From: a virus
Taxonomy: Duplodnaviria > Heunggongvirae > Uroviricota > Caudoviricetes
DNA length: 40,075 nt
Strand: one strand, 5' to 3'
Virus record (IMG/VR): IMGVR_UViG_3300014208_000030
Span: 1-40,075 of that record
The notes under the pieces were generated by a model that was not told the origin of the DNA, made no database searches, and worked only from the letters and a program-made list of their open reading frames with translations. Both the position numbers and the translations under genes were made by a program. How positions within the stretch are numbered: position 1 is the stretch's first letter; every line of letters begins with the position of its first letter. Positions 36,076-40,075 of this stretch are shown in pieces.

Positions 36076-36916
36076 TTACGCTAATCAGCATCTTAAATTT
36101 ATGCTGAATGAAATATTCCAGCATCAGTCTCCGGTTCCCTCGAATCTCGTACTCGGTATACTGCTTCAATATAGCTTCCTTAATATTTCTGGGGATAGCA
36201 TTCAGATCAATCAACTTTCTGTTTCTATCCCAGTGCTTCTTCTCCAGATCAGTTAGCTCACCTTCAGCGAGTCGTTTTGGGAACTCGGCAAGATACGGCT
36301 TGAATATACTCTTCTGCTTGCGCTTATCGCGAAACACATCATCGTCAGACAATATATTGGGAATCGAATCGTCGGAGTCACCCTTCACCACATGCTCAAT
36401 CAGCACTTCACGAGCTGATCTGCCATTCACCACCAGTGCTTCTTTTAGTGGAGAATACATGGAGACGTTTGGATAATCGAGCAGCTGATGAAAATCCTTG
36501 TCGTTTGAGACAATCAGAGTTTTCTCGTTGATGTATTTTGCCAGCACCCCAATAATATCATCAGCCTCGCAGCACGATAACTCAATGACCTTATATGGGA
36601 ATAGTGTCCGGAGGTCTTCTTTTATCACATCACTGATGGCATAAAGCTTTTCCCAGTCTATCTTTGAGTCTTCTCTGGTTTTCTTTCTCTTGATCTTGTA
36701 GTTAGGGAATTCTTTTGCTCGCCAGTTGGCATCACCATCCAGCGCAATAACAACTTCACCGTACTCGCCACCGTAGGTTTTGTTGTAGTATCGTAGCCGA
36801 TTGAAGAGGATGTGCTTCAATAAGTCGCAGTCATCTTCGTAAAAATTGGACATATCCGATTGGGTTGTGCCTAGTATGGCAGCAATAACGATTGCGCTAT
36901 AATCAATTATAATCAT
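36062..36916 (-). CDS. rnh: T4-type RNase H / 5'-3' exonuclease
   Basis: MIIIDYS, NWR...FP.YK..RKK.R, EADDIIGVL, IVSNDKDF.QL, GDSDDSIPNILSDDD, RNRKLIDL. Confidence 0.93.
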   Translation of the reverse strand: MIIIDYSAIVIAAILGTTQSDMSNFYEDDCDLLKHILFNRLRYYNKTYGGEYGEVVIALDGDANWRAKEFPNYKIKRKKTREDSKIDWEKLYAISDVIKEDLRTLFPYKVIELSCCEADDIIGVLAKYINEKTLIVSNDKDFHQLLDYPNVSMYSPLKEALVVNGRSAREVLIEHVVKGDSDDSIPNILSDDDVFRDKRKQKSIFKPYLAEFPKRLAEGELTDLEKKHWDRNRKLIDLNAIPRNIKEAILKQYTEYEIRGNRRLMLEYFIQHKFKMLISVIDEF

Positions 36917-36924
36917 TCACTATC

Positions 36925-38019
36925 CTAAAATTGAACAAATTTCTGTGTCGGTACATCGCCAGCATGCCAAATCCTGAGTATTACTATATTCTCATTCATT
37001 GCGCCTGTTGGTGTGCCCGATTTTGTCTTGAGGTTTCTGAAACTGCCGAGAATGTAGGCAATATCATCACCCATAAATTCAGCAGGAATTATTTTCGGTT
37101 GCCGTACAGTCTTTGACTGCGATGCTTCTGCATTAATGCCGTATATTGTGCTACCCCGAATGGTGAGTTCATCTACCGCAGTAATGAGCTGAACCTTTTT
37201 GTACTTGGTGTTATATAGCAGTACATACTTCGCCCCAATGATATCTACCGGTAGTTTCGAAACCAAGCCTAGCTCCGGAAACTCTGGTAGATATTTCATC
37301 TTCGATGCCACCTTAGCCTTGTCTATTGGCCTCGGTGTTCGTTTTCTTTCAGCTCGGTGGCTAGGAATATTACCAAAGACATCAACGATGCTTTGCACAA
37401 TCCCCACATATTTGTCAAAGTCTTTCTTGGCCAGATCATAGCCTTCATTACTTTCCCTTAGTTCCTCTAGTAAATCTTTAAAGTAATCTGCGATGACTAG
37501 GCCAGCATCACTCTTAATTTTATTTAAGAGTATAAACTTGCTCCAATCTTTTGGAACAAAGTTACCGGTCGCTACGCAGTTCTCGGTATATGCCTCGACA
37601 TCATCAATGTAGATAGCCAGATTGTCTGCTGCCGTCTTTGGTTTTGGTTTATCTGCAACAGGTGTCTGTGCCTTCCGTTTCTCCCTAACGCCAGCATATT
37701 CAATCAATTCAGCCAACTGAGTATTTATTTTGTCGCAAATGTACTCAGATGGAGGGTATCCACGAGTTATCATGCGACACAATGCGCCCAGAGTAGCCTT
37801 GAACAATGTTTTTGGTATGTCTGTTAGATTGCTGAGCAATTCTGGGCAATTTGTTTCGACGTATTCCAGCGTAAAGTTCTTGAAGTTATCGTGGTTGCTG
37901 TTGTAGTTGTAAAAGCTCAGGAACGATGCTAGCTCAGACTGAGAATAATCCTGTTCCGTGAATACTGGCTCAGTACCATAGGCGATGAGCTCAACAGTTT
38001 TTCGCTTACTTTTCGGCAT
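36925..38019 (-). CDS. Conserved hypothetical protein of T4-like phages (next to rnh)
   Basis: 364-aa ORF with L.S..P..IIGA....LYNTK.KK, SKTVRQP and G.MNEN.VILR C-terminal pattern. Confidence 0.65.
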   Translation of the reverse strand: MPKSKRKTVELIAYGTEPVFTEQDYSQSELASFLSFYNYNSNHDNFKNFTLEYVETNCPELLSNLTDIPKTLFKATLGALCRMITRGYPPSEYICDKINTQLAELIEYAGVREKRKAQTPVADKPKPKTAADNLAIYIDDVEAYTENCVATGNFVPKDWSKFILLNKIKSDAGLVIADYFKDLLEELRESNEGYDLAKKDFDKYVGIVQSIVDVFGNIPSHRAERKRTPRPIDKAKVASKMKYLPEFPELGLVSKLPVDIIGAKYVLLYNTKYKKVQLITAVDELTIRGSTIYGINAEASQSKTVRQPKIIPAEFMGDDIAYILGSFRNLKTKSGTPTGAMNENIVILRIWHAGDVPTQKFVQF

Positions 38020-38176
38020 AGTTTGGGCACACTGGTTGGCTGCAGCCTTTGGATTTAAAGAATATCCACCTTTTTCTCAGTGGAATGCCACAGATGTAGC
38101 AATCGTTTCCGGATGGGATGCGAAACCAGTATGCCACACGAGGTGCCAGTAGGTTCGCAATCAGAGATTTACTCAT
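38006..38176 (-). CDS. Small putative zinc-ribbon protein (likely start MSKSLIA)
   Basis: CYIC...CSQPVC; overlaps both neighbouring genes. Confidence 0.5.
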   Translation of the reverse strand: MSKSLIANLLAPRVAYWFRIPSGNDCYICGIPLRKRWIFFKSKGCSQPVCPNYAEK

Positions 38177-38738
38177 CGAGCATCCCCAGATCATGCATCG
38201 CAGTAGTAACCTGTGCGTGTGCTCTTAGCCACAGATCATGATCACCTTCGGTCAGTACTTGCAGTGCCATTTGCTTTTCTAGCAAATACACTTTAGCAAA
38301 CTCATGGTCATACTCGACTATTGACTCTGTGTTGTGAATGAGGTCGGCAAGCTTGATTGTCTTGCCATTTGGTGTCGCATTTGCAGTGTGCTCGCGATCA
38401 ATCGTTCTTCGCTGTGCCCGTGCGCCATCATCAGGGCGACTAACATCAGTAAGCATCTCAACGAGCTGAGCAACTTCACGCCCAAAGTGCTGTTTAATAT
38501 CTTCAATGGTGGTATCAGTATCCTCAACTGTATCATGGAGCCATGCTGCTTGGAGCATTGCGCGTGTATGCGGAACAGTCTTTAGAATCTCAACCACTCC
38601 AGCCGGATGGGCAATATAATTCTCGCCCGTGTATTTCCTTACTTGCCCTATTACGCCGTGGGCGTAAGTTGCAAATTCTCTTGCGCGTTCTACTGGGTCA
38701 GTTTCTGCTTCAAATCTTTCTAGTGTGTATTTAATCAT
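38169..38738 (-). CDS. HD-domain hydrolase, MESH1/SpoT-like small alarmone hydrolase family
   Basis: A..AH..Q.RKYTGE.YI.HP..V, AAWLHDTVEDT, FG.EVA.LV..LTD, IKLADLIHN. Confidence 0.85.
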   Translation of the reverse strand: MIKYTLERFEAETDPVERAREFATYAHGVIGQVRKYTGENYIAHPAGVVEILKTVPHTRAMLQAAWLHDTVEDTDTTIEDIKQHFGREVAQLVEMLTDVSRPDDGARAQRRTIDREHTANATPNGKTIKLADLIHNTESIVEYDHEFAKVYLLEKQMALQVLTEGDHDLWLRAHAQVTTAMHDLGMLDE

Positions 38739-38759
38739 AATATAATTCTCAGTAGTTAA

Positions 38760-39044
38760 TTATGCGGCATCCAGCCCAATAGCAAATGGGCGTATTACTG
38801 GATTTCCTTCACCCTCGAAGACCCACACATAGATTAGTCCGTTTAGATTACCCGCACTAACGTGGCTATCAATTTGCATCGATACTCCAGCGGGTGTTTT
38901 CAATAAATTCGGATTAGTATCTGGAATATTTAACGAAGCTAATGTCTCCCGCCGCAACTCATCAATTATCGCTATTTGCTCTGGTGTATAATTGAGAACA
39001 ACTTCCAACTTTGTTCTTAGATCACTACTGTTTATTCTATGCAT
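38760..39044 (-). CDS. Hypothetical protein
   Basis: 94-aa ORF in a co-oriented early block. Confidence 0.6.
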   Translation of the reverse strand: MHRINSSDLRTKLEVVLNYTPEQIAIIDELRRETLASLNIPDTNPNLLKTPAGVSMQIDSHVSAGNLNGLIYVWVFEGEGNPVIRPFAIGLDAA

Positions 39045-39087
39045 TTATTTCACCCAATGTTATTGTGTTACCTATCATCATAATTCC

Positions 39088-39357
39088 TCAGTATCCAATT
39101 ACGTATTCTGCTTGTAGAACATATGCATCACCTTGGCAGTATGTGTGCTTGTCTGAGAATCTAGCAAGTGCGTCTATTGCCAAATCTTCTGTTGCATATC
39201 CATATATGGTATAGTCGATTAGATTCGGTGCGTCGCTACGACGACTGAAACTATTAAGCTCGTCTTCATCATAATATGGTCCAATTGGCGGTGGTTCTTT
39301 TAGCAACCCATCTGCGGTAGGAATTTTCCAAACATATCTTTTCTCAATTGTCGCCAT
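39088..39357 (-). CDS. Hypothetical protein
   Basis: AGGAG RBS; first gene after the consensus promoter. Confidence 0.75.
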   Translation of the reverse strand: MATIEKRYVWKIPTADGLLKEPPPIGPYYDEDELNSFSRRSDAPNLIDYTIYGYATEDLAIDALARFSDKHTYCQGDAYVLQAEYVIGY

Positions 39358-39375
39358 AATATACTCCTAAAATAA

Positions 39376-39428
39376 AAAGGCTCTATAACAAGAACAGTCA
39401 TTATAGAGCCTTTAGGTCAAAAAGTCAA
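39376..39428 (-). promoter_or_regulatory. Sigma70 early promoter TTGACT-17-TATAAT (39400-39428) overlapping an inverted repeat (possible nrdA terminator)
   Basis: AAAGGCTCTATAA...TTATAGAGCCTTT 13-bp inverted repeat followed by a T-rich run on the minus strand. Confidence 0.8.
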
Positions 39429-39437
39429 GGATTTAAA

Positions 39438-40075
39438 CTACCCGTGACAGCTTAAGCACTCGCCTTTACTGGTTTGAACCCCGGTTTCTGAGCGAATATA
39501 GTAAAGTGACTTAATCCACGGGTCTAAGAATGCTAATTTATGAACTTCCGCAATATAACCTTCATCTTCATCAGCACTAAAAAATAAATTAATTGATTGA
39601 GCTTGATCAATAAAACGCTGTCTTGCTGAAGCTAATCGTATAATTTGTTTTTGATCAATTTCAAATGCTGTTTTATAAACTGCTTTTTCATGATCACTTA
39701 ACCAATCAACATGTTGAACAGAACCATTATGTGAAATAATATCTTTAACAACATCTTCTGAATAGACATCTTTATCCTTCATCAATTTCAATAATGAAGG
39801 ATTGACACGATCCATTTTACCAGCTGCAGTATTTTGAACATAAGCATTTTTATAGATTGGTTCTATTCCCTGAGAAACAGCACCACAAACCAACGCCGAT
39901 GTTAAATTAGGAGCAATTGCTATTCTGTGAGTATTTCTTACTCCATAACCAACACACCATTCAGGCTCACCAAATTCTTTAGCCATCCATTCAGAAGCTC
40001 GTCTAGATTCTAAATCTAGATGTTTAAATATTTCAGTATTTTTATAATATGCATCCATAGACTCAAATGCAATAT
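39438..40075 (-). CDS. nrdA: Ribonucleotide reductase class I alpha subunit, 3' part (runs off the window)
   Basis: GVRNTH.IAIAP..TS, SQGIEP, GSVQH, KTAFEIDQ, RQRFIDQAQS.NLFF, KSLYY.RS, C-terminal ECLSCHG. Confidence 0.95.
   Translation of the reverse strand, partial: IAFESMDAYYKNTEIFKHLDLESRRASEWMAKEFGEPEWCVGYGVRNTHRIAIAPNLTSALVCGAVSQGIEPIYKNAYVQNTAAGKMDRVNPSLLKLMKDKDVYSEDVVKDIISHNGSVQHVDWLSDHEKAVYKTAFEIDQKQIIRLASARQRFIDQAQSINLFFSADEDEGYIAEVHKLAFLDPWIKSLYYIRSETGVQTSKGECLSCHG

Noticed and set aside
1-40075. Stop-codon reassignment
   Set aside because: Conserved genes are full length in the standard code and end in TAA, TAG and TGA

Overview
This window is part of a large T4-like (Tevenvirinae-related) myovirus genome in the standard genetic code. 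From 1 to about 24.3 kb the + strand carries a late baseplate/tail module: the 3' part of gp5 with an extra C-terminal M15 peptidase, PAAR, an inserted phoH, gp25, gp6, an enlarged Kelch-containing gp7-like protein, an enlarged gp8-like protein, a 2042-aa VrlC/DUF4815-like protein, and three paralogous fibre/receptor-binding proteins. A minus-strand island (24.3-26.3 kb) holds a T5 A1-like metallophosphoesterase/nuclease and three membrane microproteins missing from the ORF track. The neck/tail-completion genes gp13, gp14 and gp15 follow. An antisense homing-endonuclease-like gene and a structured ~90-nt element bounded by inverted late promoters sit between gp13 and gp14, and gp14 appears to start at ATC. 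A RuvC-like gene ends the + strand block. From 30.6 to 40 kb a minus-strand early/middle block encodes nrdA (3' part), a MESH1-like HD hydrolase, RNase H, a membrane protein, and a coupled operon of an RpoH-like sigma factor, a small Cys-rich protein, a DNA methyltransferase and a PD-(D/E)XK nuclease. All calls come from motif recognition and synteny by eye; no database searches were run.
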